64,000 nt of DNA. It comes from Lama guanicoe (taxonomy: Eukaryota). The stretch is from contig MU053472.1 in assembly GCA_013239625.1 (NCBI GenBank), positions 3,643,410-3,707,409 on the forward strand, in the 5' to 3' direction. The position numbers and the translations under genes were made by a program. Shown piece by piece: positions 51,102-62,439 of this stretch; the stretch's first letter is position 1; every line of letters starts with the position of its first letter. Under the pieces are notes generated by a model. It saw only the letters and a list, made by a program, of their open reading frames with translations. It had not been told where the DNA came from and searched no databases.

Positions 51102-52674
51102 ATGGAATCTACCCATAGAGGCACATACTATCAGATGGGCAAGACAAATAAAGTTGGGCCCAAGCTAGCGGTTTCAGCACAGAAAGAGGCTGAGGTTCCG
51201 AACACAACCCCTCAGCAGGGACAAGGGTACATCCTTTCCTCGAGCCAGCGGAGAGCCACAATCTCTGTGAACACCTCACCCCATCGAAGATCAGAAGCTG
51301 GGTCTCCCACCACCATCCACTCAGTGCCAGACTGCCCTCGAACTGAGGCCCAATCGAAATCTGACGCATACCGCCATGCCTCGCCTCCTCGAAAGAGCCA
51401 GCAAACTCCATGTGCCATGCAGATGCCGCGGAATGTTAGTCCATCCAGAGAGGAATCAGCTAGAAGAGGGGGTGAGAGCAAACCAGGGCGTGACGTCAGT
51501 AATCGCTACTCATTAATCCCAGGTACCAAATCCTCTTACCGGTTGAGTTTTGTAGACCAGAAGGATAACTTAACAGTCTTGCAAGAAGAAGACCCACCTT
51601 CCAAGGTCCAGTACCCACAAGGAGTCAGAGTTCCCCGTAGGACTTTGGTTCACCCAAAGGATGAAGCAGTCCAAACTGACCCCATTCGAAAGAGTTTGAC
51701 TGCTGCTGAAATCAGATCTCCAAGGAGACCCTCCAGTCCAGAACGCAGCAGCCGCATCTGTGCAGACTCTCGGACAACCCAGAGAAGGATCCCTGGCCAA
51801 GAGTTTGAAATGGGCCGTCAAAATTTAATTTATACAGAACCCAAGGCCTTGCATAGGAATACGAACTTGGAATCACCCCTCAAATTGTCTGCCCTATTGG
51901 ATGGCAGACACAAAGTTTCTACACGCTCAGAGCCTGAGTCTATCCGAAAGCATTCTGTCTACACCGAAAACAAGCCCTCCCCGAAGGTCTTATTAACATC
52001 ACCAGAAATGGAGTCCAACATGAAGTCCCCAATCAGAGGAGACAGCGAGGCTGGCCGCAGGGTCACCATCTCCCCCAGCGGACTGTTAGCACAGTCAGCT
52101 TCCCGTGTGACGTCACGAAAGTTGTCTGAGAGCCCCCGCAAATCTTCCATGTTTGTCACTCCGGAGTCCGTCTCTAAGCAGCATACCAAAAGACCCTCAG
52201 AAAATATCTACACGTCCCCAGGACACACACTCAGGTATCCGGAGCCCTCTGGAAAGCCCCCTGTCCTGGCAGAACTGGAGCTGAGTCCTCGGCCTTTACC
52301 CCCTCGGTCCTTACCTAGATATGGGCCTGACTCCTCATGGTGGGCCTTACTCAACTCTGAAGTTGAAATGCCCCAAAGCCAGCCGACAACACTTGATTTC
52401 GAGCCTGAGTCCCCTTCTCCCCTAGACCCTTCACTGCCCTTTTTTGAAATGGACTCAAGCCCTTTCTGTGAGGATCTGATGTTCCAGAGGGGAAAGGCAA
52501 GCCCGTCACCACCACCAGCACCGGCGACACCACCACCACCACCACCAGCACCGGCGACACCACCACCAGCACTACCAAAGGAGTCTCCGAGCTGGACACC
52601 GCTGAGGGAAGTGCCCCAGGCTCCCAAGCACACCTCCAAACAACCCATTCAAAGGTTTAGTGCTTTCTTCTTGG
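51102..52674 (+). CDS. SEPTIN4: SEPTIN4 long-isoform large first coding exon (former C17orf47); ATG at 51102 or 51135
   Basis: 526-aa Ser/Pro/Arg-rich ORF with PKDEAVQT, ELELSPRPLPPRSLPRYGPDSSWW and KQPIQRFSAFFL, as recalled for C17orf47; donor TTG G|gtatgt; lies downstream of TEX14 as expected from synteny. Confidence 0.9.
52507..52568 (+). repeat. Coding 30-bp tandem duplication (PPPAPATPPP x2)
   Basis: CACCACCACCAGCACCGGCGACACCACCAC repeated with period 30. Confidence 0.95.
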
Positions 52675-53339
52675 GTATGTGAAGAAGCAGACTGCCCAGG
52701 TGCAGCCCTGATTTAGTGAGGTGGGACGTTGGGGTGGGCAAGAAAGGCCCCGTCTTCATTCCGGGCCTCAGAGCTGCCCTCTTGCCAGTGCCAGAGCTAG
52801 ACCCGTCCTTGAGCCCATTGCTCCATTCCTTCCCCACCAGCTTCTCTGAGCTCCAAGCTAATGACATCGATGACCATGCTTGGGCCGGCGTCAGGCATGG
52901 ACTCTTCCAGGCAACGCTGCTTAACCTTTCAATGGAAGGTAGTAGAGAGTGGCTTGCAGGGTGGGAAGCTTCTTCCCAAGAGTGGAGATGAAGAACTGAG
53001 CTGGGGTGCAGGCTGGTAAGGGCTGGTAAAGAGAATAAGGTCCTCAGGTAAACATTCTGGCAACAAAGTGGAGAAGGTGGGGTGTAAATGAGCTGGGACT
53101 TAGACTTCCAAGAGGGGCAAGGCATTAGCAGTGGGACAAAGAGAGGGTAGGGGAAAAGGGAGAGGGAGACTGGGAATGTGACATTTGGTCCTAGGTGGGA
53201 GGAGCTTCTTAGGATCGAGGGCTGAGGGCACGTTTGGGTAAAGAAATGCAGAGCTAGAAAGGGAGATGTTAAGTAGTGCAGGGAGGGGGTATGCATCCCA
53301 CAGAGAGGAAAAAAAAGCAACAATCTCTGTTACTTTCAG

Positions 53340-53384
53340 ATGTCTCTGAGGAAATGTACAATCGTGTCATCTGGTGGCTAAAAG
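53340..53384 (+). CDS. SEPTIN4: SEPTIN4/C17orf47 second exon (DVSEEMYNRVIWWLK); read-through form ends at TAG 53479
   Basis: ctttcag|AT ... AAA G|gtctgt; 45 nt; phase 1-1. Confidence 0.85.
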
Positions 53385-54199
53385 GTCTGTGCTTTTCCCC
53401 GTGGGTCCACAGTGGGGGGCTGGGAGGCAGGAGGACAGGTGGGAGGGTGGCTGTGTACCTGCAGAGCTGGGTCCACTAGGGTGGTACATGCTGGGGTTTC
53501 AACTTGAAGGAGCAGAGGAACTTCTCGTCTTGCCTAAAATTCTACCATTAGAGTCATTCCTTTGGGACGTGGGAACTTCTTTATTTTCACGAATCTCCTT
53601 TTAGTGGGAAGTAGTCACTTTGGGAATGGAGAACAATTTAAGCCTCTCAGATTAGCTGGTCTTACCTATCAAACAACTTACCCAAACAAACAAACGCCCC
53701 CTCCCAAACAAACTATCTGCTTCACAGTCTTACGCAGGGCTAACTCCCTACTAATTCAGGTTGAGGGCTCTCCTTATGTGTCTTTCTGCTTCCTCAGAAC
53801 CCTCCTCAAGCCCCCATCCCAGGACCTAGGAGGTCCTTACTGGCTGCTGCCCAGGCAGCATCTCTGGGGATTTATCTAGGCCTTGACGACATCAGTGGGT
53901 CCTGCAGCCAACTCTAGAATCCCCAGGGGCTGGTGACCCTTCCTACTCACTTTGTGCTCTTGACCTCTCTGGTGGAAGGGAAGGTGGGGACCAACCCTAA
54001 GACAGAGAATCTTTGCAGCAAGGAGTTCTTGCTTCAAGCGTTGTGCACCAAAACATGCTGCAGCCCTGTGAGCACGAGGGAGGCCAGGGCTCCGCATGAG
54101 GACGTTCCTAGAGAGGAGAGCATCCTGGGAATGCAGTCCAGCCCCCAGCAGCAGCCCTGCCCCTCAGAGGGAGTAAAGCTCCACGAAGGAGAGGTTTTT

Positions 54200-54435
54200 A
54201 GAAAATGCACTCTGGAGTTATATTACTGGGTTTGAGCCCTGTGACCACTGTTTTCTGACTGTGACCTTGGGTAAGAGATTCTACCTCTCCCTCTCTAGTC
54301 ATTAGTTTCCCCATCTGTTAATGAGACCCATGGCCTCCTCTTGGGGTTCTTGTGAGGACTCACCAGGCTATTGCAGGTAAAGCACTTAGCATGGCGCCTG
54401 GCAACAGCGAGCACTCAGTAAATGCTAGCTGTCGT
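54200..54435 (+). mobile_element. MIR SINE
   Basis: ctgtgaccttgggtaag...agtttccccatctgt...gtaaagcacttagcatggcgcctggca...ctcagtaaatgctagc. Confidence 0.7.
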
Positions 54436-54564
54436 TGCCTGGGCCGCTTGCACTAGGGAGGAATTTGGGCCAGGTTATGCCCAAGTCCACAGGACATCTT
54501 TAGTAAAATTCTCTTTTTCCCCTCCTGTTGGCACTCTCTGAATTCCATTTGCTGCCCCCTGGGA

Positions 54565-54603
54565 ATGCCCGGCTTCTACTTCTCCACTATGGCAGATGAA
54601 GAG
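54565..54603 (+). CDS. SEPTIN4: SEPTIN4 alternative first exon MPGFYFSTMADEE; its last 8 nt (54596-54603) double as an internal microexon
   Basis: ATG at 54565, 13 codons, GAG|gtaaga. The internal acceptor ggcag|ATGAAGAG completes G+AT GAA GAG (DEE) after the 53384 donor. Confidence 0.75.
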
Positions 54604-57600
54604 GTAAGAACACCCCTGGGAAGTTACTTCCAGTGTTCCTGTGCTCGCCCTTATCCAAGTCCCTCTCCTTGCCCTCTGATGGAAGCAGGTGTGAAAGGAG
54701 ACAGATAGACTGCTCCCTATGGTTGGGCAGGTTGTTCACTGCACAAGGGCACCTGGCAGAGAGAGCAAGCAGGGGCTGAAATCTAGCCTGTGTCACACTT
54801 GCCAAGCTGTGCACCTACAGGGCTGCCTCTCCCCAGAGAGGAATTTGCACGAAGGTACCAGAGCTGGGTTGCAACCCTAGAGAGAAAGAGTGGAGATCTT
54901 GTGGCAAATGATGAATCCTGCCAAGGGCTCTTGGGGAAGACCGTCTGAGAAGCCATAGGCTGGATCTGTCCCCACTTGGCTCTCCCCTCTCCAGCCTAGG
55001 GCACTCCAGAAAGGGGACGCTTTTCTGGGTTATACACTATTTGAGTCCTCAGCTTGGAAAGGCACAAGGTGAACTCTGCTCTCGGCAGCCCCGTGTCCTG
55101 AATTTGGCTGAGTGTCCTGATTTCACAGTGCATGGTTCCCATAAGCACTTTCGTTCTTCTTGGCCCATGTTTGATAAGATAGACGAGCTCTTCTGCCTTC
55201 ATTCCGTCTCTTGCCATACCTCTCCCTTACCCAGAGCCCAGTGTGGCCTCTGATGGGTCCCAACCACGGGGAAGCCCAGAATGGACAGTTGACTACAGAT
55301 GGGAATCAAATGAGGTTGGGGGTGGGAGGGGGACAGCCTGAACTCAGATAACGGAACAGCTGCTGGGGAGGTGCCAGAAATGCGACTGCCACCCCCTCGC
55401 CGTGGCTGCTTCTCTAGCCCTGTGCCCTGGGCTCAGCTGTGGGTGGGAGCAGCTACTTTTAGAGATTATCTCCGTACAAGACAGTAAATCCTTCTCTCCC
55501 TTCTGCCTTTCTTTCTTCCTTCCTTCCTCCTTTTCTCCCTTCTCTCCATAAACAGTTTTTATTCGGATGCTAAGCACTCTGCTAGGCACTGCTGGCGAAA
55601 GCATTGAAACTTCACAGCATACAGTCTTTGGCCTTGAGAAGCTTACTGTCTGGATGGGGAGATAAGACATGGACAGGAAACCTTTGAATAACAATATGAA
55701 ATAGTCTGTGCTGTAATGTTGAAATATATGAAACAGCCTGAATAAGTGCTCTTGGAGGGTCTTAACAGAGAGGGAGTCAGCAGGGGATTTGAGGGGAGGT
55801 GGTCAGGTTACCCACTCCTTCCTAAAGCCGGGGTGGGGTGGGTATCTTAATAGCCAGCCTCTTGCTCACCCCTTGATGCAAATCTATACCTTTGGGAAGG
55901 GGTGAGCATATCCCCTACTTCAGGATATGATGCTTTTGACAGAGCAAGTTCCTCCCTGTTCTCCACCCTCACCCCCTTTCTTCATGTATCTTGTTTTAGT
56001 TTAGGAAGTCAAAAGCCTTGGCAGCAGGATGGCTCCTTCCCAAAATAGCTCTTATCCTGTCTTGATAATTGCAGCTCTCTAGCCCTATTCAGCGGCAAAG
56101 CTGCTCCCCAGAATCTGGGAAGGGAAGGCTCCCAGGCATCTGAGCCTGCTGGTCTTCTCTGGATCTCTGGAAGTGGGTGGCATGGAGGCAGCCAGATCAT
56201 GCGAGGGCGAGGCCTTCCTCTCGCTGTCCCCTAGGCTGCGTGGCCCGCAGGCGGTCCCAGGATGGAGGCTCTGTGGTGCTGATGTCGAGGGCCTGTGGTT
56301 CCACTCATCTCGGAATGGTTGACACTGGAGTCTGTTCTGGATTCCATTCCCGGCAGGAGTTCTCTGGGGACCCAACCACAGCTCGTGGACAGCAGCGTGT
56401 ATGTCGTTGCGCCCTTCTGGGTCCACAGCTGGGCGTGATTCAGCCCATCTCTCTGTCAGTCTCCTCCCAGGAGGCCCCTGAAGACCCTTCTGTCTAAGGA
56501 GCAGGGTGAACAGAGGCTTCTCAACCTTGGATTGGGACATTAGGGGCTGGAGTTATGCTTCACTGAGGGAAACATTTCTGAAGGGTTTTTTTTGTTTTTG
56601 TTTTTTTGTTTTTTTTGGTATCAGAACTAGCAGAAGCTCAACTGGAAGGTTGTGAGTGTTCCCTTTGGGGTCAGTGGGGGCTGTCTTCTCACACAGCCCT
56701 GGGGAGTTCCCTGGACTAAAGTAGCTCTTGATGGGAGGGGCTGCCCTGGCCCCAAGACCCTGTGTCCTCAAGGCACCTAACCTACTCGCCCTTGGATATG
56801 ACTTCTCAGGCTGTTAGGGGACAAGGTGGTTTATTCCTTGCTAGATCTATCAATTATGCAAGACACCAACCCTGGAAAACAGGCCACGAACCAGAGGAGG
56901 CTGTTTCAGTGATACCTAAGGCAGGCTTCAGCGTCTTCAGGGTGACATGTCATCTGGCCCTGGTGGATGAGGATTTGCTCAGGTAGACTAACTCAGCAAA
57001 GAAGAACCCAGAGCCTGGGAGCAGTGCAGGGAGGCTCTGCACTCCTGGGGATGTTAACAGAATCCTGGGATATGGGTTATCTGGTAGGAACGCTAAAACC
57101 ATCTTTCGGCCCCGTCATTCTCTCTTACTTTGTGCAGAGGCTCATAGTTGAGAGGAAAGGTGGTTGTTGGAATAATGGAGCAAAGCTGCTGAAAATGGGG
57201 CAGGACACCTCGGGAGGCTTTTCATAGCAGCTTGACCCTCGCTACCCTGCTTCTTTTCCTGTCACATGGTATCTTGTTCACTCCAGCTACCATGGGCAGC
57301 CAAGCACAGGGAAGGATGGGAGGCTGGTGACCTCTGGCCCCGACTTGCTATTTTGGGGATGGGCTGTGTTGACCAACTCATCAGGGTTTGCCCAGGATGC
57401 TCCTGGCTTTAGCACTGAATGTCCTGTGTCCTGGGAACTACCTTGGTCCTGAGCAAACTAGGACAGCCGGTCACCGTCGGGCAGGTGGTGTGGCACACCT
57501 CAGCAAGAGCCTCCGGAAGCACAGGGCAGGGCGGTGATGTCCCACCACCACTGGGAGACCTGGCCAGATTGCTCCCTCTGGCTGACAAATGAGGGCGGGA

Positions 57601-57911
57601 AGATGCTATGCATTCCTCTCCAACTTGATATCAGAACTGAGGCCAGAATCCCTTCATTTTTTATTCTGCCCAGAATGATTCCCACAGAAGGAAGACTCTG
57701 CCACATCCATTTTGGACTTTCTAGTGTACTTCCAGAAACTACTTGGTTCCAACATTGCATATTTCTATCAGAGAAGTCTAATGGTCTTTGAAATGGTGGC
57801 TTTTTCAAGTTAAGAAGAGAGACAGTGGGGCTGAGCAGACAAGGGAGCTTGGCTTCAGGGGGCAGGATGCATACTTGGATGAGGAAGCAACTCTGTAATG
57901 CAGAAGCCATC

Positions 57912-58050
57912 CTGACAGCTGTTCAGCCAGAGGAAGGCTGTCCTGAGAGACAGAAATGACCATGTCCCTTCAGCCTTCTCTGACAGCTGTTCAGCCAGAG
58001 GAAGGCTGTCCTGAGAGACAGAAATGACCATGTCCCTTCAGCCTTCTCTG
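57912..58050. repeat. Perfect 68-bp tandem duplication
   Basis: CTGACAGCTGTTCAGCCAGAGG...CCCTTCAGCCTTCT begins at 57912 and again at 57980. Confidence 0.95.
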
Positions 58051-58075
58051 CTCAGCTGCCTTTGGTCCAGCTGCC

Positions 58076-58189
58076 ATGAGGGGAGAAGCCAGGGACAGCT
58101 GCACCCTGGGGGCTGAACGAAGACCTGGAGGAGGGGGACAGAATGTGAGGCAGCTCCTGAGGGAAGCTCAGACTCTGAGGACGCTGGAG
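58076..58189 (+). CDS. Candidate SEPTIN4 alternative first coding exon (MRGEARDSC...LRTLE)
   Basis: GCCATG Kozak context; 38 codons ending at phase-0 GAG|gtggga, the same phase as the other first exons. Confidence 0.4.
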
Positions 58190-61145
58190 GTGGGAGGACC
58201 GGGTCAGCCAAAGTCAATTCCTTGGCACATCTACCGCAGGCAGAGTGGTCTAGCTCCAGGGGTCTCAACAGTGGCTTTGGGCTCAGTAAGTCTGAAGCCA
58301 AGATCTGTTTTCTGGAGTTGGAGTGGCATCTAGCTGAAGACGCTGACTTCACAGCTGGGGGCCGCATGGTCATTCCAATGTCACTTTTCTCCCATCCTTC
58401 TATACCCATTACGAATGCACATGTCTAATCCTTTGGAGGGAAAGGCATTTGAAATAGTCACAGTTGACAGTTGCTGGTTTGGTGTTAACAATTCTGGTGT
58501 TCGCTGAGGTAATGGCTACCATTTATTTTAGCGATTATACCAATGCTGAGTTTGTTGTCTTAGTGAATCTTCATAGCAAACCTATGAGGTGGACTTTTTC
58601 TCCCTATTTCACAGATGAAGAAACTGAGGCTCAGAGCTTGCTCACCAGAACTAGGAGCACTTTAGGGAGTATCTGGCCCCAGGGGTTCATATGTGGTGTA
58701 GAAACCCTTGGTATTTCATGGTATTTCAGCAGTACCTTTAGGTATCAAGAATTGTGAGAGGAAAGGATTTAGTAGGGGCAACATCTGTGTCTCTGTATTT
58801 GAACTAAGAGACTGGGAGATGGGTGTGAGCTGATAAAGAGCCAGAATGAAGGGCAGGTTATGGGTCAACAAAGCCCGGGGCCTCAGGGCTTGTCTGTACT
58901 CCAAAATCAGAGTGGAAAGTAATCAATGAATCCGTTCAGTCAATCCACATTGATCAGGCATCTCCTGCGGGCAGGGGCCTGGTCACTCAGGCAGACATCA
59001 CATGACATATTCCCTGTGTTGAAGTGAGTAGAGATTAAAATAGAAAACATACTCCTTGTCCTTGAAGGGCTTGTGGTTAGTTTGGAGAGAAAAGTATACA
59101 GATGGGTCCCTCGAAAGAATGCGGAGATCAAAGGACAAACAAAGTCCAGTGCAATGAATCAGCAAACTTCTAGCATGGAGGCATCTGGGGAGTAAAGGCC
59201 AGGGGGGTCCAATTTTGGCTCAGTATAATGGAGACCTTGGTAACTCAGCACCCAAAGATTGAAGGGCAGTTGTTAGAGCCAGTGAGTGTTTGGCCGTGGA
59301 AAACATTCAAGAACAGGCTGAGAGGCCAAGGGGAAGGGGTGCTTTGAAGGGAGTCAGACATCCAGCAGATAGGGGCTCAGACACCCCTGAGCTCCTGTGC
59401 CCTGCGCTGCTGCAGAGCGAGCATTGGAGGGCCCTCTGGCTGGCTTCTGTCGCCCTGCTGGCTCTGGAACCGGCCCTTGCTGCAGTTGTTCGGCAAGTGC
59501 CAGGAAGCACAGCGCTGTCTGACCTTGCTATCCACATCTCCTGCCTGCCCCTGAATCCTGGGACACTGGGGAACAACAAGGGAATGAGTGGGGCTTAGGG
59601 TGTTTTGGTTTCTTGCCTCTGCACAGACCTTGCTGACAGACGGGCTGAGGTTTCCTTGAAAGACACAACCCAGTGATAGATAGCCCTTTGGCCCCACTGG
59701 GGCTCTCTGAATGTATCATCACTGACTCATCACATCTGGGAGGAGGGAGGTACTATTAGCTCTTGTACCACTTAAGGGAAACTGCTACCGAGGGGTAAAA
59801 GCGGCCTTTGTTAGCCAAGCAGATCTGAAATCCTGGTTTCCTATAGTAATCACTCTTTATTCTTCACTCTGAACCTGTGTCCTGGCTTGACCTAAGTGCA
59901 ACATCGTTTTTTTTGACATCTCTGTGCCATGCAACCTTCACCCATGGGTGAGCAGGAAAGATCCAGTGGGGAGGGCCAGGAGACTTTCCATACAGACCAT
60001 GTTGTCCTGACCTAAGCAGAGGGAGCCCAGGACAGCAGGCGGGGGCTGTGGTTGCAAATGCAAGTTTCCCGGAAGAGTCACCCTCTGTGCCAAGCTAAGT
60101 GTCCACTCTCCAGACACTTGGCTTGAACACCTCACCTCAGCTAGTGCCCCGGAAACAGTGCTCTAGCCAAGGACGTCAGTGCCTGGTGGGATGTTGAATT
60201 TCAAGAGACGGCTAGAGCTCCAGGAGCTGAGGGGCACTGAGGCAAGGCTGGCCAGGCCACCTGCCACCCAGAGGTGGAGACGAGTGTTCAGTGGTCAGTG
60301 GCTCACACGAGGGCTGCTGTAGCTCAGCCCTTCTTCTGACCAGGTGTCAGACTCTACCTGTATCCACACAGAACAAGAGCACTGGAGTTGATGGGAGAAC
60401 AGTCCTCTCTTTCAATGGGGGAAGCAGAAGCACAGGGAAGGCAAGGGACTTCCAAGCAGTGAAGTAGTCACCAAAGCTGGCATGGGGACTTACTCCCATG
60501 TCAAGTTCTCATGGAGGACTCTGAGTGCTACAGGGGTAGCATGCAGGGTGGTGCAGGTAGAGTGGCCCAAAGTCTGTCTTAGGCTTTTATTTTGCATGTT
60601 GGTGTGATGATTATAAAGGGACCATGACCATCAAGACCCCAAGATTCTTGGCTTAGAGAGGAGTTCCATGGTCCCTAGCCTCTCTTGGGGCCTCATTTCC
60701 CTCAAAGCAAGCTGGCACCAATGTGTCTTAGGAAACACAGGGCTCTCTGGCATCTGGGCAGCAGGTGCCAGAGCAGAGCCAGGATTCCAGCCACAGCTGA
60801 GGATGAGCTAGGTGAGATGTGCCCGTGTCCACACTGGGAAAGCAGCTGGAACTGAGGGGAGGAGGGACGGACGTTATGACTGTGGAAAACGAGGCTTTGT
60901 GAAGGGGCCTGTCTTCCCTGATGTAGGCTTTCTCCCCTGGGCCCAGTGCCCCCAGCCCAGGCCTCACAGACTGATGGTGGAAGCACTTTTGAGTGCGTAC
61001 ATGAGTACCAGCGGCCAGCAGCTAGTTCCCAACAGTGGGGCTTTGTGTAGCCTGAGTTTGGTGTTCACGTCTGATGGCAGCGAGCGCTGCTGCTTCGGCA
61101 GACTTTCAGCAGCCATTGGTTTCTCCCTAAAGAAACTCCTATAGT

Positions 61146-61238
61146 GGGGGAGGATATAGCTCAGTGGGAGAGCACGTTAATAAATAATGATAAACAGTTA
61201 ATAAATAAACCTAATTATCTCCTCCCTACTTCCCCCTC
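61146..61238 (+). mobile_element. Internally deleted tRNA-derived SINE
   Basis: A-box half joined directly to the tail; TSD CCCTAAAGAAACTCCT at 61125-61140 / 61239-61254. Confidence 0.75.
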
Positions 61239-62439
61239 CCCTAAAGAAACTCCTTTATGACCTTGTTTTCCTGAGCTCAGCTTCAGATCCCCTGATCTAC
61301 CCTGAGCCTTTTCCAGGAAACTCCTATACCCTCAGAGGTTGCCTCCCATCAGAGCCAAGCTGATGGCCCTAGTTTAATCCCCTTATTTTCAGGTATGAAA
61401 ACTGAGGTACAGATAGGTGAAGTGAGGTCATCCAGCTAGGAAGTTTTCTCCTTGACTTGCTGGCTCATGAACATCCCTGATTGCTTTAAGCAAGGCACCC
61501 CTTCTGTCCTCCAGCCCACCAGAGCCAAATATTCAATAGCATCTCCACTAGCAGCCCCGTGTTTTCTGAGCCTGATCTCACCTGCCGTACCCGGCAGTTT
61601 TGATGAATTCCAACCATGACCACTGAGTCACAGATCAGACTGAAATTGTATAGGCAGGCATCTGGTGCTTCTATCAACAGAGGGGGCCACCCCTGTGCCC
61701 TTAGTTTTGTCCAAAGTGTACTCAGGCCAGCCTGCCTACCCTGGGGGAAGGCTCTTAGAAGTCAGGGGAGGAGCATGCTTCTGGAAACTTCCACAGAAGA
61801 CTGACCAGCTCAGACCTGTATTAGCTCAGGAAATCCCCACCAACTCCCCACCCTCTAAGCATCTACTTCCTCCTAGCTGCTGCTGACCCTTCTAATGCCT
61901 CTAAAGCTTCTGGGGCATCTGTCCTCACTGTATCTCACCTGCTCGCCCAGCATGGCCTCTCCTGAGGCCTTCCCCATCTTCCACAGCCCCAGGTGAGGCT
62001 CCACTGCCCCAAAAGGCCACACAGCTTCTCCCCTTCCACTCTTCCAGCAGATGATCCCAGGATAATTTATGCAGCAAATCCTCTTTAATCTTTAATCTAG
62101 GGTCCTGCAGGAAGGGAACCTCTTGTCTCTTCTTCACAGCTTGGGTGGAGGTGGGGAGTGTTTGACGTTCCACCTTAGGAGGTGTGCACAGGGTCTGGAC
62201 CATCAGTAACTTGGACATCAGCTGGATTCCATTCCCGAAAACCTTGTGGACTCTCAGGGATAACTAACTGTTTCTCTCCAATATGCGGGGCAAACCCCTC
62301 CTCTCTTCAGAAATCGTCTTCTCCTGGGGATGCCAGGTGGGCCCTTCCTTTTTCTTTGGCGACTGGCTCAAGCCCCCACGGTGATGCGCTGCCTCGACAG
62401 GCCACTCTTTAGGGGCTTAGTAAGAAAGAGCCAGGTGAC

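Noticed and set aside
52649..53323. 224-aa minus-strand ORF
   Set aside because: It is antisense to an intron, compositionally biased and has no domain.
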